Positions 9,870 to 19,437 of a stretch of DNA of 64,000 nt are shown piece by piece (position 1 is the stretch's first letter; every line of letters starts with the position of its first letter). Source of the stretch: Thermoproteota archaeon (GTDB taxonomy: Archaea > Thermoproteota > Thermoprotei_A > Sulfolobales > Ignisphaeraceae). The stretch spans positions 36,962 through 100,961 of the forward strand of contig JAUQPB010000005.1 of assembly GCA_030550585.1 (NCBI GenBank). Direction: 5' to 3'. The position numbers and the translations under genes are program-made. The notes under the pieces were generated by a model. It saw nothing but the letters and a program-made list of their open reading frames with translations, made no database searches and was not told the origin of the DNA.

Positions 9870-10811
9870 TTGAGGAAAGCTGTTGAGATAATAAATCTAG
9901 TTAAAAAGTTTGGGAACTTTGTTGCGGTAGACAATCTGTCTCTAGACATCTACGAGGGAGAGATATTCGGTTTGCTGGGTCCAAACGGAAGTGGCAAAAC
10001 AACAACGCTTCTAACAATAGCCACAGTCTACAAGCCTACATCAGGTGATGTGAGGGTTTTTGGCTATAGCGTTGTGAGGGATGGTGATATGGTGAGAAAG
10101 CTTGTTGGAATGGCTTTTCAAGAGCCTAAAGCACTTGGCATAGACAAGCCCTATGACCTACTCATGTGGCATGCGAGAATGGTCGGCTATTCAGCAGGTG
10201 ATGCAAAGAAGGTTGTGAGAGAGGTTATGGATTCCCTCGGACTTTGGGAACATAGAGACAAATACTTCTATCAGTTGAGTGGTGGCACAAGGAAAAAGGT
10301 TGAGATAGCGAAAGTTCTTATACAAAGACCGAGGGTAGCAATATTTGATGAGCCGACTGCACAAGTGGATGTTATTTCTAAGCATGTTCTGTGGGATGCA
10401 ATTAAGGAGTTGAGGAAAGAGGGCTCAACAATAATCATCTCGACAAATGATATGTTTGAGGCTGAGAGGGTTTGTGAGAGAATAGCGATAATATATAGGG
10501 GTAGGCTAAGAGCTGTGGGAACTGTTCAAGAACTCAAAGACTCGATGCCATATGGGGATGTCATAGAGTTATCTGTGGCTGGCAAAGACATTGATGTTTC
10601 AAAGGTTTTGGAGATTCTGAATAGTTTTGGGAGGGTTTCGGTGAATGGGAGCACATTCATGGTTTATGTGAACAGGGGTGAGGAGAAAGCTATAGAGATT
10701 GTCGATGCTCTTAGGCGGCGGGGAATCACAATATCTAGGATTATGGTAAAAGAGCCTACACTCGATGATGTGTTCTTCTACATAACTGGTGCTAAACTGA
10801 AGGAAGAGTAA
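9870..10811 (+). CDS. ABC exporter ATP-binding subunit (DrrA-like)
   Basis: GPNGSGKTT, LSGG, FDEPT and C-terminal EPTLDDVF. Confidence 0.92.
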   Translation: MRKAVEIINLVKKFGNFVAVDNLSLDIYEGEIFGLLGPNGSGKTTTLLTIATVYKPTSGDVRVFGYSVVRDGDMVRKLVGMAFQEPKALGIDKPYDLLMWHARMVGYSAGDAKKVVREVMDSLGLWEHRDKYFYQLSGGTRKKVEIAKVLIQRPRVAIFDEPTAQVDVISKHVLWDAIKELRKEGSTIIISTNDMFEAERVCERIAIIYRGRLRAVGTVQELKDSMPYGDVIELSVAGKDIDVSKVLEILNSFGRVSVNGSTFMVYVNRGEEKAIEIVDALRRRGITISRIMVKEPTLDDVFFYITGAKLKEE

Positions 10812-10832
10812 AGACTGGATGTGGGTGATGAT

Positions 10833-11645
10833 ATGAATTCTTTGGCAACGGCTCTTAGGCAAATATTTTTGCTTGTTCAATGGGATTTGACAAAGATTTT
10901 GAGAAGAGTTATATTTGTTGTTATGAGAGCCACATGGTTTGCAGTACAAGTTTCTGTGTTTGGATTGGCGCTAGCATATATGGTTAGTGCACGGAGCCTT
11001 GGGTTAGATACCCAAGCATACTACAAGTTCTATCTGTTCGGTATATATACATCGATACTTTTTTCGATAACAGCCTCTAGAGCATATGACATTGCGGAAG
11101 AGTTTGAGGAGGGCATTATAGAGTATCATCTATCCCTGCCAATGAATAGAAAGGTTTTGGCAATTGGCAGAGCAGTTGGGGGTGGGATAGCTTCAACTCT
11201 TTTCACGCTTCCAATGTTTGCAACAGTTGTTGTATTAGCACAGGAGTTTTCCATAGAGGCGATACTGATATCTATTATAGCCTCGCTAGCCTTTTCAATT
11301 GGTATAGCAGGTCTTGTAATATCGATAACACTAAGCATAAAGTCTGGTGACGCAACAGACATTTTGATGGGTGCTCTTGATGCTATTCTCGTGAGGCTTT
11401 CAACAGTTTTCTACCCAGCTGTTGTTATAAAAAGTATTGCCCCATACTATTATAGTGTTATAGCGAACCCTGTTTCCCATCTAGCAGATCTGCTTAGGCT
11501 GTTCTACTCCTTTGAGGAGTTCAAAGCACTTGCTATAGCAAGTCCATTAGCATTGGCATCCTATATAGTTGGGCTGTCCATAGGCTTTTCATTTCTTGCA
11601 GTATATGTTGTTGAAAAGAAGCTTGAGGGAGGTGGGTGGAGATAA
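10833..11645 (+). CDS. ABC-2 type permease
   Basis: About six hydrophobic helices and an NPVSH motif; in operon with the ATPase. Confidence 0.85.
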   Translation: MNSLATALRQIFLLVQWDLTKILRRVIFVVMRATWFAVQVSVFGLALAYMVSARSLGLDTQAYYKFYLFGIYTSILFSITASRAYDIAEEFEEGIIEYHLSLPMNRKVLAIGRAVGGGIASTLFTLPMFATVVVLAQEFSIEAILISIIASLAFSIGIAGLVISITLSIKSGDATDILMGALDAILVRLSTVFYPAVVIKSIAPYYYSVIANPVSHLADLLRLFYSFEEFKALAIASPLALASYIVGLSIGFSFLAVYVVEKKLEGGGWR

Positions 11646-12409
11646 CCAACATAGACAAGGTTTTTCTAATAGCCAAGAGAGATCTTGACAGGTTTTGGCA
11701 ATCAAAACAGTGGCTAGCTGGGCAAATAGCAATGAATCTTGCAGATATCTTCATATTCGCACTGATTTTCAGAGGCATTGTGAGAAGAGATCTCATACCA
11801 GATTACCTGAAGTTCATGACTCCAGGCGCTGTAGCACTAGCAACATTTGTTGCTGCATTTTCGATAGGTAGAGAGGTTGGGATGGAGATTAGAAGAAATA
11901 CTGTAGAGTATCTTCTAACATTGCCAGTGTCGCGACAGAATCTTGTGCTTGGCAGAGTGCTTGGAGGTATGCTGAGAGGGCTAATATACCAGCTAGTCTT
12001 CCTCGTTCTTGCCTCGATAATAGATTCTCCACCCACCCTAGTACAGCTCCCCGTGCTAGTGGCAACATCCGTTCTGCTCACAATGTCCATGTCCAGCCTA
12101 GCAATAGCTGTATCGTCTATCAGTAGAGACTTCAATATACAGGCAACTTTCAGAGCACTAACATACTATCTCCTATTCTTCTTCTCAAATGTTTTCTACA
12201 CAAAGCAGGTTCTAGCGCTGAGATTTCCACACCCACTCCCAGAGATAATAAGCATAACACCTATCTCAATTGCGGCAGATATCTATAGATGGTGCTTCAA
12301 CTACTATCAGCAACTAGACCCCCAGAACCTTGTACTACTCGCTATATGGAGTCTTGCACTAACCCTCCTAGCATCTGCAACATATCTAAGAAATCTGACA
12401 AAGCGTTAG
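11636..12409 (+). CDS. ABC-2 type permease
   Basis: YL.F..PG, LL.LPVSR..LVLG and FFSNVFY motifs; overlaps the previous permease. Confidence 0.85.
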   Translation: MEITNIDKVFLIAKRDLDRFWQSKQWLAGQIAMNLADIFIFALIFRGIVRRDLIPDYLKFMTPGAVALATFVAAFSIGREVGMEIRRNTVEYLLTLPVSRQNLVLGRVLGGMLRGLIYQLVFLVLASIIDSPPTLVQLPVLVATSVLLTMSMSSLAIAVSSISRDFNIQATFRALTYYLLFFFSNVFYTKQVLALRFPHPLPEIISITPISIAADIYRWCFNYYQQLDPQNLVLLAIWSLALTLLASATYLRNLTKR

Positions 12410-13374
12410 CCGTACCCAGCTAAAATGGGTAGGGTTACACCTAGAGCATATGCCAATGCGGTTGATGTCCTCATGGCAAAGCCTGTTAAGGGGCCTAGCC
12501 TCACCTCCGCTACACACTTGCTTCTCAAATCAAGTGACACATCCTCATACTCGTTTCCGAGAACAAAAGCGATTGTCTTACCCTTAAACGTTTTGACTAA
12601 GTCTATAAGCTTTTTCTCATCGTCTTTTGCATACATAGACAAGGCTATGGCTATATCCACATCTTTGAGCACTCCATCAAGACTGTCAACAACCTCGATG
12701 TTGTCTAGGTCAATTCCCAGAATATCTAGGACTTTTCTAAGGGCTTTCTCATTTGGTTTATAGAGCCTTAGCCTAAATCCTATGGCTCTTGACAGCTGTA
12801 TCAAATCCATGATCTCGTAATCTGTTTGTGGACGCTCAATAACAGCGATAATGTTTCTTGCTATAGCAGCTGGTATACCTCCTCTCACAAAAATTCTGGT
12901 AATACCTTCATCTGCATAGCCTATAACCGAGAGCCCCTTGTCTACCCCAACAAAGATTATATTGTGGGAACTTAGATTTGGGGTTGCAAAGCCTTTTTCG
13001 GTTAGAGCTTTTACAATGAGTCTAGCAATTTCGATACTAGTCAACGGATATTTCTTATCCCATCTTCTAACCTCAATAGCAACCTCCTTGCCAGGAAAAA
13101 CCGCTTTTATTGTTTCAAGAGCTTCGTCAACCAACTTCTCGATGCTTCTATCATAGACGTAGGAGCGGACTATATATGTCATTGAAATGCAGCTGATGTT
13201 TCTCAAAAAATCTATGACCTGTGGAACATGTGCATCACCAACTTTTAGAATGCCTCTCAAACCCCAGTTGTAAACAATTGAAACTTCTATACCTAGACCT
13301 TCGCTAAGCTTCTTGACCAAATAATCCATGCATCTATTCTTTGAAAAAGGTTCGAAAAGCAGAAGAATATCCAT
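12406..13374 (-). CDS. THUMP-domain plus SPOUT-type RNA methyltransferase
   Basis: THUMP (AIEVRRWDKKYPLTSIEIAR) followed by SPOUT knot motifs (AFVLGNEYEDV...VRLGP...MRTSTALAYAL). Confidence 0.75.
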   Translation of the reverse strand: MDILLLFEPFSKNRCMDYLVKKLSEGLGIEVSIVYNWGLRGILKVGDAHVPQVIDFLRNISCISMTYIVRSYVYDRSIEKLVDEALETIKAVFPGKEVAIEVRRWDKKYPLTSIEIARLIVKALTEKGFATPNLSSHNIIFVGVDKGLSVIGYADEGITRIFVRGGIPAAIARNIIAVIERPQTDYEIMDLIQLSRAIGFRLRLYKPNEKALRKVLDILGIDLDNIEVVDSLDGVLKDVDIAIALSMYAKDDEKKLIDLVKTFKGKTIAFVLGNEYEDVSLDLRSKCVAEVRLGPLTGFAMRTSTALAYALGVTLPILAGYG

Positions 13375-13395
13375 GTACAACAATCCTTTCAGAAT

Positions 13396-14415
13396 CTAGC
13401 GCGGCTTTACAACCACCCTGCCTATAACCTGGCCTCTTCTAAGCCTCTCTAAAGCCTCGTTGATTCTATCTAGAGACACAACATCGTCTACCACAATCTT
13501 TATCTTCCCCTCTGCAACGAGGTTCACAGCCTCTATAAGCTCCTGGAGAGTGTTGCCAACAGATCCTATAATAGTGGCCTCTTTAACCACTATATCTAGT
13601 GGGTTTACAGACACTGGCTCCCCTGTATATCCAATAACAACTATTCTCCCTTTCTTGGCCAGCATTTTGATAGAGTTTGAGAATGTTTCCTTGGATCCCA
13701 CAAGCTCGTATACAACATCAGCTCCTTTACCGCCAGTTATACTCAAAACCCTTTTAACAACATCCTCTCTAGCAGCATTAACTATATAGTCTGCGCCAAG
13801 CTCTCTAGCCTTCTCTAACTTCTCATCCCTCTTGCCAATCGCTATAACCTTTGCACCAACAAGCTTGTTGTACTGAATCAAAGCAAAACCAACGCCGCCA
13901 ACACCGTAGACAACAGCATATTCTCCAACCTTTGGAGAAGCTTTTTTAGTGGCATGTATAGCTGTTGTGACGCTACATCCTATTGGAGCGGCTTGCTCAA
14001 ACGGTATGTTATCGGGCAGCTTAACAACGTTTCTAGCTGGAACCTTTACATATTCGGCGAAACCGCCATCGGATATGAAGCCGTATTCAGCTTTTGGACT
14101 CTCGCACAAGTTCTCCTCACCAACTAGACAATATTTGCACTTGCCGCATCCAACATAGTAGTAGACCACGACCCTGTCCCCAGGTCTAACATCAGAAACG
14201 CCATCGCCAACCTCTTCAACGATGCCAGCTATCTCGTGGCCAAGGGTTATTGGGTGAACACCTAGATCTAGAACCCCATCTAGAAAATGAAGTTCTGTGT
14301 GGCAAACACCGGCTGCCTCTACCCTGACAAGAACCTCTCCATATCCAGGCTTCGGCTTAGGAACATCTTCTATAACAAGCGGTTTGTGGGGCCCGTAAAA
14401 CCTAGCTGCCTTCAT
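13396..14415 (-). CDS. Zinc-dependent alcohol dehydrogenase (MDR family)
   Basis: GVCHTE, GHE, CGKCKYC...C structural Zn site and GVGGVG. Confidence 0.93.
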   Translation of the reverse strand: MKAARFYGPHKPLVIEDVPKPKPGYGEVLVRVEAAGVCHTELHFLDGVLDLGVHPITLGHEIAGIVEEVGDGVSDVRPGDRVVVYYYVGCGKCKYCLVGEENLCESPKAEYGFISDGGFAEYVKVPARNVVKLPDNIPFEQAAPIGCSVTTAIHATKKASPKVGEYAVVYGVGGVGFALIQYNKLVGAKVIAIGKRDEKLEKARELGADYIVNAAREDVVKRVLSITGGKGADVVYELVGSKETFSNSIKMLAKKGRIVVIGYTGEPVSVNPLDIVVKEATIIGSVGNTLQELIEAVNLVAEGKIKIVVDDVVSLDRINEALERLRRGQVIGRVVVKPR

Positions 14416-14465
14416 ATTTCTCAGCCAAAGCTAGTGAGAGTCTAGACAAATCCAAATATAGTTTT

Positions 14466-15542
14466 CTATGTTAAAACCTCTTCAATTCTGTTCTTCTCTA
14501 TCGCCAGTCTAATCTCTCTTGCAATTCTCCTTCCAGTACTCATAGGCTCGCTCCAGTACAGATATGAGTATGGGCTTCCATTCACATATATGTTGGTTCC
14601 AGCAACAATCCTGCCCGAGAACTCGAAGACCTTTATATTCATATTGTCGTCAATTATACTCTCAAGGCAGAAGGGTCCTATTGCCCCAGGTGGCAAGCTC
14701 TTCTTAGTCTCCTCAACAAACCTAATTCCATACTCTAGAATCTTCGGCAACAGGCTCTCTCTCAGCACTAGGGGAAGGTTGCCAACAACAACAAATGTTG
14801 GTTCTATACCCATCTCAGCAACAACATCTGGTGGCACTCTTCTTAGCCCATCAACATTTGTCTCATATCTTATGTCAGCACCTAGAATCTCAACCCTGTT
14901 TAGTATTGGGCTGTAGAAGTAGTGGTAGTAGGCTGTAACCCCAACCAGATACTCTTGAATCATAGCCTCTTCAAATGTTTTTATAAGCCCTTGCTCAACT
15001 CTTTTTCTAAGCCCCTCCTCAACCTCTCTACTGTTTTTCGCTATAAAGTATCCCCTCCCACCCTTAGCACCAGGCAACTTAACTATAACGGGCCTATCTA
15101 TTTCCTCACCAAATCTGTATACCCTAGGAATTGGTATACCAGCTCTCTGAAGAAGACCCATTTTAGCCCATTGATCGGCCTCAACCCTAAAAAGCTTCCT
15201 CAAACCAAATATGGGCACAGCTATATTCTCTGCACAGTCAAGGCCAACATACTCTACATAACTCCCATGAGGAACTATAACAGAGTTCAAAGAAACAAGC
15301 TTCTCAACCACATCATTTCTACACAAATCTCTCCAGCTATTCAACACAATGAAACTATCGATCAAATGTTTGAAATGCTCGTAAAACCACAGCCTATCGC
15401 TAGTAACAATGGCAACGGTCTTGAACCCCTCCATCTTTGCACCATGAAATATCTGAAGAGATGAATGGCTAGCTAGAGTCGCTATAGAAACCCTATCCAA
15501 ATCGTATCTAGATACTATATCCCGAATCACGATACAGCCCAA
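14466..15542 (-). CDS. purP: FAICAR synthetase (formate-dependent AICAR formyltransferase), PurP family
   Basis: [42 protein letters not shown] and RIVAGTN. Confidence 0.92.
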   Translation of the reverse strand: MGCIVIRDIVSRYDLDRVSIATLASHSSLQIFHGAKMEGFKTVAIVTSDRLWFYEHFKHLIDSFIVLNSWRDLCRNDVVEKLVSLNSVIVPHGSYVEYVGLDCAENIAVPIFGLRKLFRVEADQWAKMGLLQRAGIPIPRVYRFGEEIDRPVIVKLPGAKGGRGYFIAKNSREVEEGLRKRVEQGLIKTFEEAMIQEYLVGVTAYYHYFYSPILNRVEILGADIRYETNVDGLRRVPPDVVAEMGIEPTFVVVGNLPLVLRESLLPKILEYGIRFVEETKKSLPPGAIGPFCLESIIDDNMNIKVFEFSGRIVAGTNIYVNGSPYSYLYWSEPMSTGRRIAREIRLAIEKNRIEEVLT

Positions 15543-15741
15543 TGCAAAGATACTGAGATTGTAAAAGCTATTTAAAGCTTCATATATATAGGTTGTGTAG
15601 AATGTCAGACAACAGTTAAGGGACGCAAATACGAGTCGATAGCAACGAGCACTAGCCTAGATACCCAAGGATCCAAACATAGTCTTGATATTTGGTAATG
15701 CGAAGATTCTTTGCGAATCAACTTAATCTAATCTACTGTTT

Positions 15742-15825
15742 TGAGTATACTCATTATACCTATATTGATGTGTTAGTGCCACAAATCTTATAAACCATGT
15801 AAGAGTATACTCTTACTTGGGTGAG
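15742..15825 (+). promoter_or_regulatory. Promoter with palindromic operator candidates
   Basis: TGAGTATACTCA (15742-15753), TATA-like TTATAAAC (~15788), 18-bp perfect palindrome GTAAGAGTATACTCTTAC (15799-15816) and SD GGGTGA before ATG 15832. Confidence 0.7.
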
Positions 15826-15831
15826 TAAAAC

Positions 15832-16050
15832 ATGGTAAAAATAGGTATACTCAGATCATTAACAATATCAGTAAAGAACGTGTTTGGTAGAGACAGCAAG
15901 GTATCAGCCAATCAATATAGTGACGAAACTGAAAAGGATACGGCGAGTTATAGCAATAATAGGTTAAAATACCCATCAATATTATGCACTCCTACAATAC
16001 CTACCATATGCTATGAGATAGGGAAAGACGGGTATATAAAACCCATATAG
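15832..16050 (+). CDS. Small two-cysteine protein of unknown function (paralogue of 50708..50923)
   Basis: Has its own TATA and SD; collinear similarity to the ORF at 50708..50923 (GILR-x9-[FL]G[RK] ... SNN ... I[LV]CT ... ICY-x4-[DN]G[YL]I-xx-[IL]). Confidence 0.75.
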   Translation: MVKIGILRSLTISVKNVFGRDSKVSANQYSDETEKDTASYSNNRLKYPSILCTPTIPTICYEIGKDGYIKPI

Positions 16051-16107
16051 CGATTAGACAAAGCAATGTAAAACAAAATATAATTATTTTTTAATATAAT
16101 TATTTTT

Positions 16108-16815
16108 TTATCTTGTTAATAGAGAAAGCATTTTTCTTGCGTTTTCAAGCATCCAATGATTGTTATTGAAGAAGACATATACTTTCTTAGGATTCAAATT
16201 CAATACGTTTTTAGCCAAGTCCTCTAATTCTTCGTCAGAGTATTCATATGCATACCACTCGGTTCTTCCATGAAGCCGTAAATAGATTATATCATTGCAT
16301 GTTTCAATCCATCTGCCAATCGGAGAATCTATAGATACTAGCGTGAGGTTTAATTCTTTGGCTAACTCAACAGTATCCTTGTTGAACCAGCTCTGATCTC
16401 TAAACTCTACGGCTATTCTATGGCCTAGACCAGTGGTTTTAACGAACTTTTTGAGCCTTTCAACATTGTTTTCATTCTTTTTGAATGTTGGGGGCATTTG
16501 AAACAGGTAAAAATCTGTGTAGTTGTCGAGTGGTTTAAACAGCTCTACAAATTTTCTCCATATTTCGTATGATTTCTCGTCTAGTCTATGAACATGGGAT
16601 ATACTTCTATGGACCTTGATAGACCATCTAATAGGTTTTAGAGCTGTTTTCTTCGCCCATCCAATAACCTGGTTTCTAAACGGAAATCTATAAAACGAGG
16701 CATTCAATTCAACAGCGTTTAGCCGAGAGTTTCTCAAATACCAATCGAATGTTCCATCCTCGTTCCAGTCATATAGCCAGCCGGAGGTTCCTACATAGAC
16801 CTCTATATCCAACAC
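16108..16815 (-). CDS. DUF72 (YecE-like) TIM-barrel protein
   Basis: YVGTSGW.Y, VELNASFYR, FQMPP.F, AVEFR..SW, YLRLHG and YVFFNN. Confidence 0.9.
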   Translation of the reverse strand: MLDIEVYVGTSGWLYDWNEDGTFDWYLRNSRLNAVELNASFYRFPFRNQVIGWAKKTALKPIRWSIKVHRSISHVHRLDEKSYEIWRKFVELFKPLDNYTDFYLFQMPPTFKKNENNVERLKKFVKTTGLGHRIAVEFRDQSWFNKDTVELAKELNLTLVSIDSPIGRWIETCNDIIYLRLHGRTEWYAYEYSDEELEDLAKNVLNLNPKKVYVFFNNNHWMLENARKMLSLLTR

Positions 16816-16849
16816 CAACAAAATTGTTTTAGTGCATCCTAAAAATAAT

Positions 16850-19267
16850 TTATGTAATGCCGAACCTCTTAAACACAAATACTTTAGCAGGATCGATACC
16901 AAGTGTGAATGCGGCTGAGTAGATTAGTGCAACAACTGTTTTATCGAGGTCTATCGGAGTTATTATAATTCCTACACAACCGAGAATTGTAAACGCCACT
17001 ATAACACCTATCATCGATGCTACCAGCTCTCTACCCGGTTTTGAACTCCAAAACCATTTTCTCTCCCTAACTATGAGCACTCTAAACTGGCTTGTAAAGA
17101 CCATTACAAGTAGTATGAATGTCTGCATTTGTTGCATGTTGAAGTGGTAAACTGTCGACCCTATGTAAATAGCTATAAGACCTTCTATGAGTAGCAACAA
17201 TCCTAGGATTGTTGAAGATAGTGCAAGTGCTCTGAATCTCCACTTACTCGGGTTTGTTGTTGGCTTTGCATTATCTGTTGCTAGAGACATTGTAGCAAAG
17301 TCGTTTGCGAAGACTAGGAGTGTCATGCCAAGCAGTGAAAGAACGTCGTATTTGAGTATTATGAACCCTATTACAAGTAGCAAAGTAAATTGGATTGTTT
17401 TTGAAACTTTGTTTATTATCCATGTTAATGCCCTCTGATAGACTTCTCTACCAGTTAGAAGAATGTCCGCAACCCCCTCTAGACCAGGTTTTAAAAGAAC
17501 TACACCTGCCGACGCTTTTGCAACGTCTGTTGCATTGGCAACAGCTATGCCGAGCTCGGCCTGCTTTAGTGCAGGTGCATCATTTACACCGTCTCCCATA
17601 ACCCCTACGAAGTGGCCATTGCTTTGCAGACTTTTCACTATAATGTATTTGTCTTCTGGATAGACCTCCGCAAATATATCAGCTTCTTCAACGAGCACTC
17701 TTCTGCTGTTCTCATCGGCTTTCTTCAATTCGTTGACTGTTACAACCTTCTCTCCAATTCCAACCATTTTAGCGACTTCTCTCGCTACAGCAACATTGTC
17801 TCCTGTGACCATCTTAGGCCTTATTCCAACGCTCTTCATCTTTTCTACGAGTTCTCTAGAGTTTTGTCTAGGAGGGTCGAAAAGTGCTATGATACCAGCT
17901 AACCTATATTTGCCAGATCCATACTCTTTTATGGCGACAGCTAGAGATCTGTACCCTCTGTTGGCAAACTCTTCAACTGTTTTCATAGCCTCCGCAACCT
18001 CGGGGCTGTTGCCAACGAGTTCTGCTATTATTTGAGGAGCTCCTTTTGTAACGAGAAACCTCCTACCCTTTATATCTACTATAGCCTCTGTTCTCTTGGT
18101 TGATGGGTCAAATGGTCTGAATTCTACTATGCTATACCTTTTTCTGGGCAGATTCAGCTTCTTGGCAAACTCAACAATTACATTATCTATCTGATCCTTG
18201 CCCTCCTGGCTAGACGAATAAAATGCATATTCAATCACATCCTCTTTTGTAAAACCATTCAACGGCTTGACATCTACTATAGAAAGTCTGTTCTCTGTTA
18301 TCGTACCAGTCTTGTCGAGGCATATAACATCAACAGAGGCTGCATCCTCTATAGCGCTAAGCCTAGTGACAAGCACATCTCTTGATGCGAGTCTAGAGGC
18401 TCCAACAGCCTGCATAATCGTTAAAACAGTTGGCAATGCAACTGGTACAGCACCCATCAATATTGTTACAGCGAATGTGGCTATGGCTATCGGCGTGTTC
18501 TTCAACCCTGTTACAACCGCAAATACAATTGCTATAGCTATGGCTGCTAACCCTATGTACATACTGTATCGAGTGATGACAAACATAACCTCTTGCTGAT
18601 GGGACTTGGGCTGAGCTATCTTAACAAGCTCAACTGTTCTCCCAAAATATGTGCTCCTCCCAGTATTGACAACAACTGCTTTGGCTCTGCCACTTCTAAC
18701 TATAGAGCCTGCGTAAACAATTCCACCAGCAGATATATCCACGGGTAGCGACTCTCCAGTAAGCATAGACTGGTCAACGGTAGCACTACCCTCGATGATC
18801 TTGCAATCGGCTGGCACAACATCGCCGATGCCGAGAGCAATAATGTCTCCGGGAACAAGATACTTAGCGTCTATCTGAACCCATTTACCATCTCTTAGGA
18901 CAACCGCCTTTAAAGCAAGCTTAGATTTCAATAGCTCTAAAACCCTCTTGCTCGACTTCTCATGATAAAAACCTATAACAGCATTGATAAACATTAAAGA
19001 GAATATGATTGAAGCCTCTATGTAGTGGCCAACAGCAATAGATAGTACAATTGCTATTTCAAGCAGCCATGCCATGGGATTCCAAAATCTCTTCAAAAAA
19101 CTCTTTACAGCACTCTCTCTTCTCTCCTCAACATAGTTAAGTCCATAGACCTTCAGTCTCCTATTAACCTCCTCAGATGACAAGCCATTCAAACTTGTTT
19201 GCAGAACATTCAGAGTGTCCTCAATACTGAGAGCCTCATAATCTTTGGTACTTCTAATCTGTGAAAT
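16850..19267 (-). CDS. P-type IIIA plasma-membrane H+-ATPase; probable ATT start at 19267 (ORF track start 19192)
   Basis: DQSMLTGES, PVALPTV, CLDKTGT, KGAPQ, DPPR, MVTGD, GDGVNDAPALKQA and NDFATM. Confidence 0.92.
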   Translation of the reverse strand: MSQIRSTKDYEALSIEDTLNVLQTSLNGLSSEEVNRRLKVYGLNYVEERRESAVKSFLKRFWNPMAWLLEIAIVLSIAVGHYIEASIIFSLMFINAVIGFYHEKSSKRVLELLKSKLALKAVVLRDGKWVQIDAKYLVPGDIIALGIGDVVPADCKIIEGSATVDQSMLTGESLPVDISAGGIVYAGSIVRSGRAKAVVVNTGRSTYFGRTVELVKIAQPKSHQQEVMFVITRYSMYIGLAAIAIAIVFAVVTGLKNTPIAIATFAVTILMGAVPVALPTVLTIMQAVGASRLASRDVLVTRLSAIEDAASVDVICLDKTGTITENRLSIVDVKPLNGFTKEDVIEYAFYSSSQEGKDQIDNVIVEFAKKLNLPRKRYSIVEFRPFDPSTKRTEAIVDIKGRRFLVTKGAPQIIAELVGNSPEVAEAMKTVEEFANRGYRSLAVAIKEYGSGKYRLAGIIALFDPPRQNSRELVEKMKSVGIRPKMVTGDNVAVAREVAKMVGIGEKVVTVNELKKADENSRRVLVEEADIFAEVYPEDKYIIVKSLQSNGHFVGVMGDGVNDAPALKQAELGIAVANATDVAKASAGVVLLKPGLEGVADILLTGREVYQRALTWIINKVSKTIQFTLLLVIGFIILKYDVLSLLGMTLLVFANDFATMSLATDNAKPTTNPSKWRFRALALSSTILGLLLLIEGLIAIYIGSTVYHFNMQQMQTFILLVMVFTSQFRVLIVRERKWFWSSKPGRELVASMIGVIVAFTILGCVGIIITPIDLDKTVVALIYSAAFTLGIDPAKVFVFKRFGIT

Positions 19268-19437
19268 AGTCCCTCACCTCATTTGCCTGTTCTTTAGAGA
19301 CCGGGTTAAAAATATGGCAAAAATAATATAAGGCTATAGTGAGATTATAGTTGTATACCACGGCTAATAACTTGCGTTTGTAAAGCACCGAAAATACTGA
19401 TGCCAAGCTTAGTCAAAGGGATTTCACGGTATGCACT

